From the NCBI GenBank assembly GCA_963848555.1, contig CAWKEE010000002.1, positions 420,500 to 484,499 of the forward strand: DNA of 64,000 bases, in the 5' to 3' direction. Position 1 is the stretch's first letter, and the number at the start of each line of letters is the position of its first letter. Source of the stretch: an uncultured Alphaproteobacteria bacterium. GTDB lineage: Bacteria; Pseudomonadota; Alphaproteobacteria; Sphingomonadales; Sphingomonadaceae. The notes under the pieces were generated by a model. That model was given only the letters and a program-made list of their open reading frames with translations. It had not been told where the DNA came from and did not search any database. Shown here in pieces: positions 39,971-50,745 of the stretch. A program made the translations under genes and the position numbers.

Positions 39971-41917
39971 TCGCCGAAGCCGGGCTGGCGGCCTTGTGGC
40001 TGGCCGCGGCGCTGTCGCTGCTCCAGCTGTTCCTCGGCTGGGCGGCGCTGCGCCCGGGCGGAGAAGGGCCGGACGGCGAATCCCATTCCCTGTCGCGCAT
40101 CGTCCGGCCGGTGGCGGTGGCGCAAGGCGGGCTGGCCGCCATCTCCTTCCTGCTGCTGATCTGGCTGTTCCTGCGCACCGATCTGTCGGTCGAGCTGGTC
40201 GCCGCCAACAGCCATTCGGCCAAGCCGTGGCTGTACAAATTCGCCGGCGCCTGGGGCAATCACGAAGGCTCGATGCTGCTCTGGGTGACGGTGCTCGCCA
40301 TCGCCGGCGCCGCGGTCGCTTTGTTCGAGCGCCGGCTGCGCCAGGACACGCTGATCGCCACGCTCGCCGCCCAGGCCGCGATCGGCCTCGGCTTCTATGC
40401 CTTCCTGCTGTTCGCCTCCAACCCGTTCACGCGGTTGAACCCGGCGCCGGCCGAGGGCAACGGCCTCAACCCGCTGCTGCAGGACCCGGGCCTCGCCTTC
40501 CATCCGCCGACCCTCTATTTCGGCTATGTCGGCATTTCGATCGCTTTCTCTTTCGCGGTCGGCGCGCTCGTCACCCGCGACGTCGGCCCGGCCTTCGCGC
40601 GGGCGATGCGGCCCTGGGTGCTGGGCGCATGGATCTTCCTCACGCTCGGCATCACCGCCGGCTCCTATTGGGCCTATTACGAGCTCGGCTGGGGCGGCTG
40701 GTGGTTCTGGGACCCGGTCGAGAACGCCTCGCTGATGCCCTGGCTGGCGGCGACCGCCTTGCTGCACAGCGTCACCGTTCTCGCCACCCGCGCCGGCCTG
40801 CGCGCCTGGACGATCATGCTCGCCGTCGTCGCCTTCTCGATGTCGATGATCGGCACCTTCCTGGTCCGCTCCGGCATCCTCACCAGCGTCCATGCCTTCG
40901 CCGTCGATCCGCTGCGCGGCGCCTTCATCCTCGTCCTGCTGGCTTTCTATATCGGCGGCGCGCTGCTGCTGTTCGGCCTGCGCGTGCGCACCGTCACGCG
41001 AGGGCTCGACCTTCGATCTCGGTCAGCCGCGAGGCCTGCGCTGGTCGCCAACAACCTGCTGCTTTCGGTCATCCTCGGCCTGGTCTTCATCGGCACCCTC
41101 TATCCGCTCGCCACCCAGGCGATGGGCGAGGAGATTTCGGTCGGGCCGCCTTATTTCAACCGGGTGACCGGGCCGATCGCGCTCGCTCTGGTGGCGATGA
41201 TGGCGATCGGGCGCGCTGCTGCGCTGGCGGCGCGACAGCCTCGCCGGGCTGGTGGCGCGAATATCGGTGCCGGTGCTGGTCAGCGCCGCCGCTTTGCTGC
41301 TGCTGGTGCTGCTCGCGCCCGGCATCGGCATCCTGCCGCTGCTCGGCCTGACGCTGGCGCCCGGGGTGGCGCTGGCGAGCGTGGCGCCGCTGTGGCGGCG
41401 CAACCTCCGGCGCACGCCATTCTTCGTCTGGGGCATGGTGGTCGCCCATCTCGGCATCGCCGTCAGTCTCGCCGGCATGGCCGCGGAAAGCGCCTTCACC
41501 CGCGAGACCCTGGTCGCCGCCCGGCCGGGCCAGACCGTCGAGGCGGGCCCTTTCAGCATCCGCTTCGACGGCGTCGACCCGATCGCCGGGCCCAACTGGA
41601 CCGCGGTCGAGGCGCGGCTTACCGCCCGGCGCGGCGGCGGCGCGCCGGTCGCGCTGCGGCCGCAGGCGCGGATGTTCAGCTCGCCGCCGACGCCGACCAG
41701 CGAGGCGGCGATCGCGACCATGCTGGACGGCCAGCTCTATGCCGCGCTCGGCGAAGCCGACGACCAGGGCCGCTGGCAGCTGCGGCTGTGGTGGAAGCCG
41801 TCGGTGACCCTGATCTGGCTCGGCGGCGGGCTGGTCGCGCTGGGCGGGCTGCTCGCGCTGATCGGCCGCCTCCGTCGCGAGCGGCGCGCGGCGATTCCGG
41901 AGGAGGTGCCGGCATGA
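39967..41917 (+). pseudogene. ccmF: Cytochrome c heme lyase subunit CcmF; several frameshifts as sequenced
   Basis: WGNHEGS, FHPP, WGGWWFWDPVENAS, SVHAF motifs; indels at about 40995-41040 and 41210; the C-terminus is in ORF 41252-41917. Confidence 0.92.
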
Positions 41918-42441
41918 GGCGGCTGATCCTGTGGGCGCCGCTGATCGTCTTCGCCCTCTTCCTGGCGGTGGTCGCGGCCGGGCTCTACGCCCCGTCCGAC
42001 CGACAGATCGAATCGCAGCTGGTCGGCCAGCCGGTGCCCGAGTTCGCGCTGCCGCCGGCGCTGCCGGGGCGGCCGGGGCTCGCCAGCGCCGATCTCGGCC
42101 GCGGCGGCCCGCGGCTGGTCAACATCTTCGCCAGCTGGTGCATGCCCTGCCGGGTGGAAGCGCCGCAGCTCGCCGAGCTCGCCCGCCGCGGCGTGCCGAT
42201 CGACGGCATCGCGGTGCGCGACCGGCCGCAGGACCTCGCCGGCTTCCTCGCCTCCTACGGCGATCCGTTCCGGACGATCGGCGCCGACAACGACCGGCGG
42301 GTGCAGCTGGCGCTCGGCTCGGCCGGCGTGCCGGAGACGTTCGTCGTCGACGGCCGCGGCGTCATCCGCCACCAGCATATCGGCGCGATCATGCCCCAGG
42401 ACATGCCGGCGATCCTCGCTGCCTGGGAGGCGGCGCGATGA
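41914..42441 (+). CDS. ccmG: Thiol:disulfide interchange protein CcmG/DsbE
   Basis: N-terminal TM helix, FASWCMPC, GVPETF. Confidence 0.92.
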   Translation: MRRLILWAPLIVFALFLAVVAAGLYAPSDRQIESQLVGQPVPEFALPPALPGRPGLASADLGRGGPRLVNIFASWCMPCRVEAPQLAELARRGVPIDGIAVRDRPQDLAGFLASYGDPFRTIGADNDRRVQLALGSAGVPETFVVDGRGVIRHQHIGAIMPQDMPAILAAWEAAR

Positions 42442-42852
42442 AGACGGCGATCGCGGCCGTCCTGCTGCTTGCCGCCGCGCCGGCGCTGGCCGATTCGCTG
42501 CTGCCGGCGGCGGAATATGCGGACACCCAGCTGCCCGATCCCCGCCAGGAGCGGCAGGCGAAGGCGCTGATGGAGACGGTGCGCTGCCTCGTCTGCCAGG
42601 GGCAGTCGATCGCCGACAGCGATGCCGAAATGGCCGGCGACATGCGCGCGCTGATCCGCCAGCGCATCCTCGCCGGCGAAAGCCCCGACCAGATCCGCGC
42701 ATGGCTGGTCGCGCGCTACGGCAATTGGGTCACCTACGATCCGCCGCTCGAGCCCGGCGACCTGGCCGCTCTGGGCGGCGCCGGTGCTGCTGCTGGCCGC
42801 CGGGCTGTGGCTCGCCCGCAAGCGGTTCAGGCGGCGGGGAGCGCGCAAATGA
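42438..42852 (+). pseudogene. ccmH: Cytochrome c biogenesis protein CcmH/CycL; frameshifted as sequenced
   Basis: RCLVCQGQSIADS, RYGNWV; an extra G near 42756 shifts the C-terminal TM helix. Confidence 0.88.
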
Positions 42853-43503
42853 TCGGCTGGATCGCGATGATCGCGCTCGCGCTGGCCACCGGCGCGGGCC
42901 TGTGGCGCTTCGTCGGGCGGGACAAGGCCGCGCTGCAGTTCCTCGGCGCCGCGCTGCTGCTCGCTCTGGCCGGCTATGCCTGGCAGGGCCGCCCGGCGCT
43001 CGACGGCAGCCCGAAGCCGCCGCCGGCCCGCCAGCGGCTGCCGGACAGCGAGTTCGCCTCGACCCGGGCCGGCATGCTCGGCCGCTTCGACGTCGCCGCG
43101 CGCTGGCTGACCATCGCCGAGATCTATCAGCGGCGCGGCGACAGCTGGAGCGGCGCCCAGATCATCCGCAGCGGGCTGCGCGAGCATCCCGACGACGCCG
43201 ACCTCTGGGTCGGCCTCGGCAATGCGCTGGTCATCCACAATGACGGGCTGATGAGCCCGGCGGCCGAGCTCGCCTTCCGCCGCGCCGCCGGGATCGCGCC
43301 GGACCATCCCGGGCCGCGCTATTTCTACGGCCTGGCGCTCGCCCAGGGCGGGCAGCTGGACGGAGGCCGAGCGGATCTGGCGGCAGCTGATCGCCGAGGC
43401 GCCGCCGGAGGCCGAATATCGCGCGATGATCGAGGAGCGGCTGCAATTGCTGCAGCGGCAAAGGGCGTCGCGGCTGCCGGCGGTGCCGCCCCCGGCCGGC
43501 TAG
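42849..43503 (+). pseudogene. CcmI/CycH-like TPR membrane protein; frameshifted as sequenced
   Basis: Two N-terminal TM helices plus TPR (LWVGLGNAL, YFYGLAL); indel near 43362. Confidence 0.75.
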
Positions 43504-44604
43504 GCCGAAGCCTCGTAGGGCAGGCCGAGCGCGTCGGCGACCGCCTGGTGGCGGATCTTGCCGGCCGAGACATTGAGGCCATTGGCGAGATGAGGATCGG
43601 CTTTCATCGCTTCTTCAGCGCCTTGATTGGCGAGCTTCAGAACAAAGGGCAACGTGGCATTGTTGAGCGCGAAGGCCGAGGTGCGGGCCACCGCGCCCGG
43701 CATGTTGGCGACGCAATAATGGATGACTCCGTCGATCTCGTAGACCGGATCGCTGTGGGTGGTCGCCCGCGACGTTTCGAAGCAGCCGCCCTGGTCGATC
43801 GAGATGTCGACCAGCACCGAGCCGCGCTTCATCGTCTTCAGCATGTCGCGGGTGACCAGCTTGGGCGCCGCCGCGCCGGGAATCAGCACCGCGCCGATCA
43901 CCAGCTCCGACTTCGCCACCGCGTCGGCGATCGCCGCCCGCGAGGCATAAGCGGTCTTGATCTGGCTGCCGAAGAACATGTCGAGCTCGGCCAGCCGGGC
44001 GTTGGAGATGTCGTAGATGGTGACGTCGGCGCGCATCCCGACCGCCATCTGCGCCGCATTGACGCCGGCGATGCCGCCGCCGAGGATCGTCACCCGCGCC
44101 GGCGCCACGCCCGGCACGCCGCCGAGCAGCACGCCGCGTCCGCCCTGCTCCTTTTCCAGATAATGGGCGCCGACCTGGATCGACATCCGGCCGGCGACCT
44201 CCGACATCGGCTTCAGCAGCGGCAGCGAACCGTCGCGGGCGGTCACCGTCTCATAGGCGATGCAGGTCGCGCCCGATTCGATCAGCCCTTTGGTCTGCGC
44301 CGGGTCGGGGGCGAGATGGAGATAGGTGAACAAGTACGTGGCGCGGCTCGAGCAGGGCGATCTCGCCGGCCTGCGGCTCCTTGACCTTCACGATCATGTC
44401 GGCGGCGGCAAAGGTCGCGGCGGCGTCGGCGGCGATGCTCGCGCCGGCCTCGACATAATCCTGGTCCGAAAAGTCGATGCCGACGCCGGCCTGGGTCTCG
44501 ACGATCACTTCGTGGCCGGCGGCGACGAGCTCGGCGACCGAAGCGGGGGTGAGGCCGACGCGATATTCATGGACCTTGATTTCCTTCGGCACGCCGACCC
44601 GCAT
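43500..44604 (-). pseudogene. ald: Alanine dehydrogenase; frameshifted as sequenced
   Basis: [45 protein letters not shown]; indel near 44335. Confidence 0.94.
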
Positions 44605-44766
44605 CGTCCAGCTCCTGTCTTTCCGTCAAAACCGGCGCTCTATAGCGGGCCGGATGCGCTTTGTCGCCGTTGCGAACCGTCCGGCGCGGTGCTACCCCGC
44701 CCGCCGCCCTGGCACGGTCAGGGCGAGCCAAGAGGATGTTCGGACGTTTCCTTCCGATCCTGATCG

Positions 44767-46711
44767 ATGAGCGATAGCGCCGCCGCCCCGCAGCAGCCCG
44801 CTGACCGGCCTGCCGCCCATTTCCAGGACGGCGGCATCATCAAGCTCGCCGTCGGCGCGATCGGCATCGTTTTCGGCGACATCGGCACCAGCCCGATCTA
44901 CGCCTTCCGCGAGACTTTCGCCGGCCATCACCATCTCGCCCCATGGCCCGGCCGAGATCGTCGGCGTGCTCAGCCTGATCTTCTGGTCGATGATGATCGT
45001 GGTGTCGCTCAAATATGTCAGCGTCATCATGCGCGCCGACAATAAGGGCGAGGGCGGCAGCCTGGCGCTGCTGGCGCTGATCAGCCGCAAATCGGAGCGG
45101 GGCGGGCGCCGCAAATGGACCGCCGGGATCGTCCTGCTCGGCGTTTTCGCCTGCGCGCTCTTCTACGGCGACAGCATGATCACGCCGGCCATTTCGGTGC
45201 TCTCGGCGGTGGAGGGGCTGACCACCGTCGAATCGGATTTCGCGCCGTTCGTGCTGCCGGTGGCGGTCGGCATCCTGGTGTTCCTGTTCGCGATCCAGGC
45301 CCATGGCACCGCGCGGGTCGGAGCGCTGTTCGGGCCGATCATGATCTTCTATTTCCTGGTGATTTCGACGCTGGGGGTGATCCACATCTCCGCAGCCCCC
45401 TCGATCATCCTGCAGACGATCAATCCGCTGAACGCCGCCGGCTTCTTCGTGACGGACGGCCTGGAAGCCTTCATCGCCATGGGTTCCGTGGTGCTCGCCG
45501 TCACCGGGGCCGAGGCGCTCTACGCCGACATGGGCCATTTCGGCCGGCGCCCGATCGGCCTCTCCTGGCTGTGGTTCGTCATGCCGGCGCTGATGCTCAA
45601 CTATATGGGGCAGGGAGCGATGATCCTCTCGCTCGATGCCGCCTCGGCCGATCAGGCGATCCGAAATCCCTTCTTCCTGCTCGCCCCGGAAACGCTGCGC
45701 CTGCCTTTGGTCATCCTCGCCACGATGGCGACGATCATCGCCAGCCAGGCGGTCATTTCCGGCGCCTTCTCGGTCACCCAGCAGGCGATGCAGCTGGGCT
45801 TCATCCCGCGCCTGCGCATCCAGCATACCAGCGAGGCGGCGGTCGGCCAGATCTACATCCCGGTGATCAACTGGTCGTTGTTGGTGATGGTGATCCTGCT
45901 CGTCCTGTTCTTCCAGACGTCGAGCAATCTCGCCGCCGCCTACGGCATCGCCGTCACCGGGGCGATGTTCATCGACACCTGTCTCCTGACCGTCGTGCTG
46001 TTCTCGCTGTGGCGCTGGAAGCCCTGGCTCGCGGTGCCCCTGCTCGCCCTCTTCTTCCTTGTCGATCTCGCTTATTTCAGCGCCAACCTCATCAAGGTGC
46101 CCGACGGCGGCTGGTTCCCGCTTCTGGTCGGTTTCATCGCCTTCACCATGCTCACCACCTGGGCGAGGGGCCGCCAGCTGATGATCCGGCGGATGGACGA
46201 GGGCGCGATTCCCGTGCCGGTGTTCATCAAGTCCGCCGCCACCAGCGCCACCCGCGTCCCCGGCACGGCGGTGTTCATGACCACGTCGTCCGACGGCATC
46301 CCGCATTCGCTGCTGCACAATCTCAAGCACAACAAGGTGCTGCACGAGCGGGTGCTGCTGCTGACCGTACGCATCGAGGACGTGCCCTATGTCGAGGAGC
46401 AGGAGCGCTTCAGGCTCGACGACCTCGGCCAGGGCTTCTTCCGGCTGGTCGTCCGCTACGGCTTCATGCAGGAAACCGACGTGCCCGCGGCGCTCGCCAA
46501 GGTCGAAAGCTGCGGTCCGCAATTCCGGATGATGGACACCAGCTTCTTCCTCGCCCGCCAGACCCTGATCGTCTCGTCGGCCCGGCCCGGAATGTGGCTG
46601 TGGCGCGAGAAACTGTTCGCCTGGATGCTTCGCAACGCCGAAAGCGCGATGGAATTCTTCAAGCTGCCGCCCAACCGGGTCGTCGAGCTGGGCTCGCAGG
46701 TCGAGATTTGA
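44767..46711 (+). pseudogene. kup: KUP family potassium transporter; frameshifted as sequenced
   Basis: [37 protein letters not shown]; indel near 44940. Confidence 0.94.
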
Positions 46712-46734
46712 GCCTGAGGTTTGGACCCTAGGCC

Positions 46735-47241
46735 GTGAACGGCGGCCCGCTGATCGTCACCGCCTTGTTCGGGCCGGGCGACGACGGCTGGCTCCAGCAG
46801 CTGCGGCGAACCCATTATCCGGCCGAGCGCAACCGGGTCCCGGCCCACCTCACCTTGTTCCGCCATCTCCCGCCGAGCCTGGAACGCGAATTGTCGCGCC
46901 GGCTGGCCGCGGCCGCGGCGGCCGCGCCGCCGCCCGCCGCGATTGCCGGCATCGTCGACCTCGGCGAAGGGACGGCGCTGCGCGTCGACAGTCCCGCGCT
47001 GGTCGAAATCCGCGCCGCGCTGGCCGGCGCCTTTCACGGCCTGCTGACGCCGCACGACCTGGCTTCGTGGCGGCCGCACGTCACCATCCAGAACAAGGTC
47101 GAGCCGCGCGACGCCCGGCGGCTTCAGCAGCAGCTGCGGGCCGGCTTCGCGCCGCGTCCGCTCGCGATTCGCGCGCTCGCCGTGTGGCGCTATCTCGGCG
47201 GCCCGTGGGAACCGCTCAGGACCCATCCCTTCAGAGGCTAG
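46735..47241 (+). CDS. 2'-5' RNA ligase-like (2H phosphoesterase) protein
   Basis: Two HxT motifs: AHLTLF and PHVTIQ. Confidence 0.85.
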   Translation: MNGGPLIVTALFGPGDDGWLQQLRRTHYPAERNRVPAHLTLFRHLPPSLERELSRRLAAAAAAAPPPAAIAGIVDLGEGTALRVDSPALVEIRAALAGAFHGLLTPHDLASWRPHVTIQNKVEPRDARRLQQQLRAGFAPRPLAIRALAVWRYLGGPWEPLRTHPFRG

Positions 47242-47323
47242 CGTCATCCCGGCGCAAGCCGGGATCTCGGGGGGATTGGCCGAGACTTTTTGTCCTGAGG
47301 CCCCGGCTTTCGCCGGGGCGACG
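47242..47323. repeat. REP-like palindrome (GTCATCCCGGC family)
   Basis: CGTCATCCCGGCGCAAGCCGGGATCTC ... GAGGCCCCGGCTTTCGCCGGGGCGACG, between convergent genes. Confidence 0.75.
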
Positions 47324-47330
47324 GCAGTTG

Positions 47331-47753
47331 TCAGTCGTTCTGGCCGACGCCTTCGCAGCTATAGTCGAACGCGGCGAGGCCGGCCTCGAGATGCGAAGCG
47401 AGCAGCGGCATGTCCATCAGCTCGTCGATCCGCTCGTCGCCGGACAGGTCGCTCGCCTCGCTGAAGGCATCCTCCCATTCGCTGGTGTCGTAGGTGCCGC
47501 GGCCGACCCAGGCCAAAGCCAGCGTCTCGGTGAGCTGGTCGTCGGCGAGGTCATCCAGGGTGGCCTGGACCTCCTCCTCGACGCCGGTGTTGAGCTCGTC
47601 CTCGAGCGCGGACAGCGCCTGATCGCCCTCATCGTCGAAATCGTCGACATTTTCGGGATCCTCATCGGGGTCCGCGGCCGGCACCTGCGCCTCGAGCTCC
47701 CGGGAGCGCAGGATCAGCCGGCACAACGTCTCGAGCGGGGTCAGCAATTCCAT
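47331..47753 (-). CDS. DUF3775 domain protein
   Basis: Acidic protein with ALAWVGRG...W..A...MPLLASHLEAGL. Confidence 0.8.
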   Translation of the reverse strand: MELLTPLETLCRLILRSRELEAQVPAADPDEDPENVDDFDDEGDQALSALEDELNTGVEEEVQATLDDLADDQLTETLALAWVGRGTYDTSEWEDAFSEASDLSGDERIDELMDMPLLASHLEAGLAAFDYSCEGVGQND

Positions 47754-47861
47754 GAGCCGTCTCCGTGCTCCCCTTCGCGTTCGAAACGACAGCCGGGGCG
47801 GGCGGTTCCGGGCGCCCCTGAATGGAGAGACGGGGTTGAAATCCGCCGGTCGGCACTCCAG

Positions 47862-47890
47862 TTGACCGGTGCCGTGCCGCTTCCTATAGC
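47862..47890 (+). promoter_or_regulatory. Sigma70-type promoter of tRNA-Met
   Basis: TTGACC-N17-TATAGC. Confidence 0.55.
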
Positions 47891-47934
47891 GCCGCGGCGC
47901 GCCCGAGGGCGCCCGACCGGGGCGACGAAATTGG

Positions 47935-48011
47935 GGCGGAGTAGCTCAGCTGGTTAGAGCAGCGGAATCATAATCCGCGTGTCGGGGGTTCAAGTCCCTC
48001 CTCCGCTACCA
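47935..48011 (+). tRNA. tRNA-Met (CAT), elongator type
   Basis: Acceptor GGCGGAG/CTCCGCT, anticodon loop ATCATAA, CCA end; no C1:A72 mismatch. Confidence 0.93.
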
Positions 48012-48084
48012 TCACTCCTCGGCCGCCAGGGCTCGACCCGTCCCTTGCCCGGCCGCCATCGGCTACCCACTTAGGGGCCGGAGG

Positions 48085-48465
48085 ATGAAGATGAAGGCTT
48101 TGCGAATTGCCGGCTTGTGGCTTGCGCTGATGGCGCCGGCGGCGGCACTCGCCCAGGCCGCTCCGGCCTCGCCGCGCAACGATTTCCGCGGCATGTGGAC
48201 CGGCTGGGGCGCCGCCAACGCCGCTTCCATCGCCATCGAGCGCCGGTCGGTCGAGCGCGTCCGCGACGAGCTCGCGACCGGCGATGCCGAACGCCGGCTT
48301 CAGCTGCTGAACCAGGGCAGGGCATTGGGCGAGCGGGTCGGCGAGATCGTCCGGCTCGGCGATTGCGAGGAAGGCGAGCGGGTCGCCCGGGAAGCCGGCG
48401 ATTTCGCTTTGGTCGAAGCGGTCCGCGATCATTGCCGCGCCGCCGACGCCGCCAATCCGCAATAG
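48085..48465 (+). CDS. Small secreted hypothetical protein
   Basis: Signal peptide (AAALAQ), GGAGG RBS, two Cys. Confidence 0.65.
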   Translation: MKMKALRIAGLWLALMAPAAALAQAAPASPRNDFRGMWTGWGAANAASIAIERRSVERVRDELATGDAERRLQLLNQGRALGERVGEIVRLGDCEEGERVAREAGDFALVEAVRDHCRAADAANPQ

Positions 48466-48536
48466 ACGCTGGTAGGGCGGTCGCCCGGCAGAAGCGACCT
48501 TTGCGCTTCTCGAGCGTGATCGCCCTTTGATCGATT

Positions 48537-48620
48537 CGTCATTGCGAGGAGCGAAGCGACGCGGCAATCCACTCGGCCTCGGTGGCCGCACTGGATTGCT
48601 TCGCTGTGCTCGCAAAGACG
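48537..48620. repeat. REP-like palindrome (GTCATTGCGAG family)
   Basis: CGTCATTGCGAG...GCAATCCA...TGGATTGC...CTCGCAAAGACG. Confidence 0.75.
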
Positions 48621-48649
48621 AAGGTGTGTGAGCCTGACCCGATCCTGGT

Positions 48650-49879
48650 CTAGCTTCCGATCCGCTCGAGGAAGCCGGCGCCCCACAAGGTCCGGATCAG
48701 CTGTGCCGGCTCCTCGCACGGCAAATCGGCGGCGCGGAACGCCTTGCCGGACAGCGCCACGTCGAGCGCGTCGCCGTCTTCCGCCTTGAATTCGAGGTCG
48801 CCGCCGGGCCCGATCAGCACCAGCTTGCCGTCGTCGTCGGCGACGTTCCACGGCAGGAAGCGGCGTCGGCGGAAGCGATCCGCCTCGCTTTGCGTCTGCG
48901 CCGCCGCGATCACGCCGCCGACATTGGGCCGGCGGCCACGGATGAAATTGTCGGCGAGCAGGTCGAAGGCGCTGTCCATGCTCGCTTTGTCGGTGATCAG
49001 CCCGACCAGGCGGTCGAAATGGCGGCGCGCCCGCTCGCGATCGAATTCGCGCGCCGAGAAGCCGGCGGGCAGCGACCGGCGGAAATCGGGCTCGCCGAGC
49101 GCCAGCTCGGAGATCGCCTCGAGCATCAGGTCGGCCCAGGTCTTGGTGATCAGCCCCACCGTGATGTGCAGCGACGGCTCGTCGCCGACATTCTCGGCGT
49201 CGTGCATCAGTCCGCGGGGAATGTAGACGCAGTCGCCGGCGCTCAGCGTGAAGGTCTCGGTCACCTCGCCCGGTTCGTGACGGCTCAGCTCGAACTCTTC
49301 GCCGCGATAGGGGATTTCGACCGGCGCGCCGTAGAGCCGCCAGGCCTTGGCGCCCGAAATCTGCATCACGAACACGTCGTGATTGTCATAATGGGGCGGG
49401 AAGCCCTGATTGCCCGAGGGCGTCAGGTAGATGTTGGTCTGGACGTGGCAGGAGAAGACCTCTTCCAGCGACCGGCAGAACTCGCCCAGGTTCAGCATCG
49501 AATCGTGCAGATGCGGCAGGATGATGGTGGCGCCGCGCATATAATGTTCGGCGACCGCGACCGAGCTCACCTTGCCGCGGTCGTCGACATAGGAATCGCG
49601 CGAGATCCGGTTGCGGTGGTTGGTGAGGTCGATCATGCCCTCGCGCAGGTCGGCGCTGGCGATGAAATGGTCGAGCGTGTCGAGCGTCAGCAGCTCGGCA
49701 TAACGGTGCGGCTCGCCGCGAACGTTGATCATCGCCCCGCGCTCGTAGAAATCGGCGAGGAAGGTCTCGCGCGCGACCGGAGCGATCAGGAAACCGAGCG
49801 CATCCTCTTCCCAGCGCGGCGAAGCGGCGTTCGACCCGACCGCCCGCAACTTCGATGGCTTTCGCCCTGCAACGCCCAT
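48650..49879 (-). CDS. JmjC/cupin 2-oxoglutarate oxygenase (RoxA/YcfD/NO66-like)
   Basis: NIYLTP, GFPPHYDNHDVFV (HxD), GAKAWRLY, YIPRGLMH; start placed at MGVAG. Confidence 0.85.
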   Translation of the reverse strand: MGVAGRKPSKLRAVGSNAASPRWEEDALGFLIAPVARETFLADFYERGAMINVRGEPHRYAELLTLDTLDHFIASADLREGMIDLTNHRNRISRDSYVDDRGKVSSVAVAEHYMRGATIILPHLHDSMLNLGEFCRSLEEVFSCHVQTNIYLTPSGNQGFPPHYDNHDVFVMQISGAKAWRLYGAPVEIPYRGEEFELSRHEPGEVTETFTLSAGDCVYIPRGLMHDAENVGDEPSLHITVGLITKTWADLMLEAISELALGEPDFRRSLPAGFSAREFDRERARRHFDRLVGLITDKASMDSAFDLLADNFIRGRRPNVGGVIAAAQTQSEADRFRRRRFLPWNVADDDGKLVLIGPGGDLEFKAEDGDALDVALSGKAFRAADLPCEEPAQLIRTLWGAGFLERIGS

Positions 49880-49967
49880 AAGGTCTCCCCGTCGCCTCTT
49901 CTGTACCGGCGCGCCGCGAGCGTCGGAAGCGGTAATTTGCCGGGGTCGGGACCGGGTCGGACCCCTT

Positions 49968-50168
49968 TCAGCGTGGCGGTTCGGGCGGCGGCGGCAGCGG
50001 TTCGGCATAAAGCTCGAGCGCCGCCTCGAGCACGCGCAGGGTCGCCGTTGCCGGCGCGGAGAGGCGCTTATGCTCGAGCGGATCGCGGAACGCGGCCAGC
50101 ACGGCGCGGGCGGAGGCGGCAAGCAGAATCTCGCGCGGCGAATAGGTCGTGACCTGATCCGATGTCAC
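49968..50168 (-). CDS. Small hypothetical protein
   Basis: 66-aa helical ORF with GTG start; RBS spacing is short. Confidence 0.4.
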   Translation of the reverse strand: MTSDQVTTYSPREILLAASARAVLAAFRDPLEHKRLSAPATATLRVLEAALELYAEPLPPPPEPPR

Positions 50169-50355
50169 CGCTCCCGTCCGTTCGCAATGCCGTGCTCGGG
50201 AGGGCCGGCGGCGGCGCGGCGGGGCGGCGCGTCCAGCGACACGCCAAATTTGCGCGCGACAAAGGGATTCGTCATATGCGATGCGGTTCACGAGGCGGAG
50301 AAGTGTGTTGTTCAACGCTTTTCGCTGAATTGTCAAGCGGGGCTTTTCGAAACAG

Positions 50356-50745
50356 ATGAGTTTTGGTGCGCGACTGGCTGAAGAGCGGAAGAGGCTGGGC
50401 CTCAAACAGGCCGAGTTTGCCGACCTGGTCGGCACCGACGTGCCAAAACAAAGCCTGTATGAAAATGACCGGCGTGAGCTGAGAGCGGATTATCTTGCCC
50501 GGCTGGCGGATGCCCAGGTGGACATCGTCTATATTCTGACCGGGCGCCGCAGCGAAGGCGAGTGGCTTGGCCCCGGTCCGAGCCAGTTGCTGTCCGCCTA
50601 CCTGTCGCTGCCGCCGGAGGTGCAGCAGGCGCTCGAGGATCTCGCCCGCTCGCTGCGCGAGCAATTCGCCCGCGAGCCGCGGCCGACTTTGCACGGCCGC
50701 AAGCTCGACTACCGGCCGGAAGACCCGGCGGCGCCCGAGAGCTAG
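50356..50745 (+). CDS. XRE family helix-turn-helix transcriptional regulator
   Basis: GARLAEERKRLGLKQAEFA...YEND...VDIVYILTG, a phage-repressor-like pattern. Confidence 0.88.
   Translation: MSFGARLAEERKRLGLKQAEFADLVGTDVPKQSLYENDRRELRADYLARLADAQVDIVYILTGRRSEGEWLGPGPSQLLSAYLSLPPEVQQALEDLARSLREQFAREPRPTLHGRKLDYRPEDPAAPES

Noticed and set aside
39532-46711. Programmed ribosomal frameshifting or phase variation in ccm, ald and kup
   Set aside because: No slippery heptamers or long homopolymer/SSR tracts at the breaks; these genes are not known to be recoded; the clustering points to sequence error.
50168-50745. Prophage remnant around the XRE gene
   Set aside because: No structural, replication or integrase genes; flanking GC is host-like.
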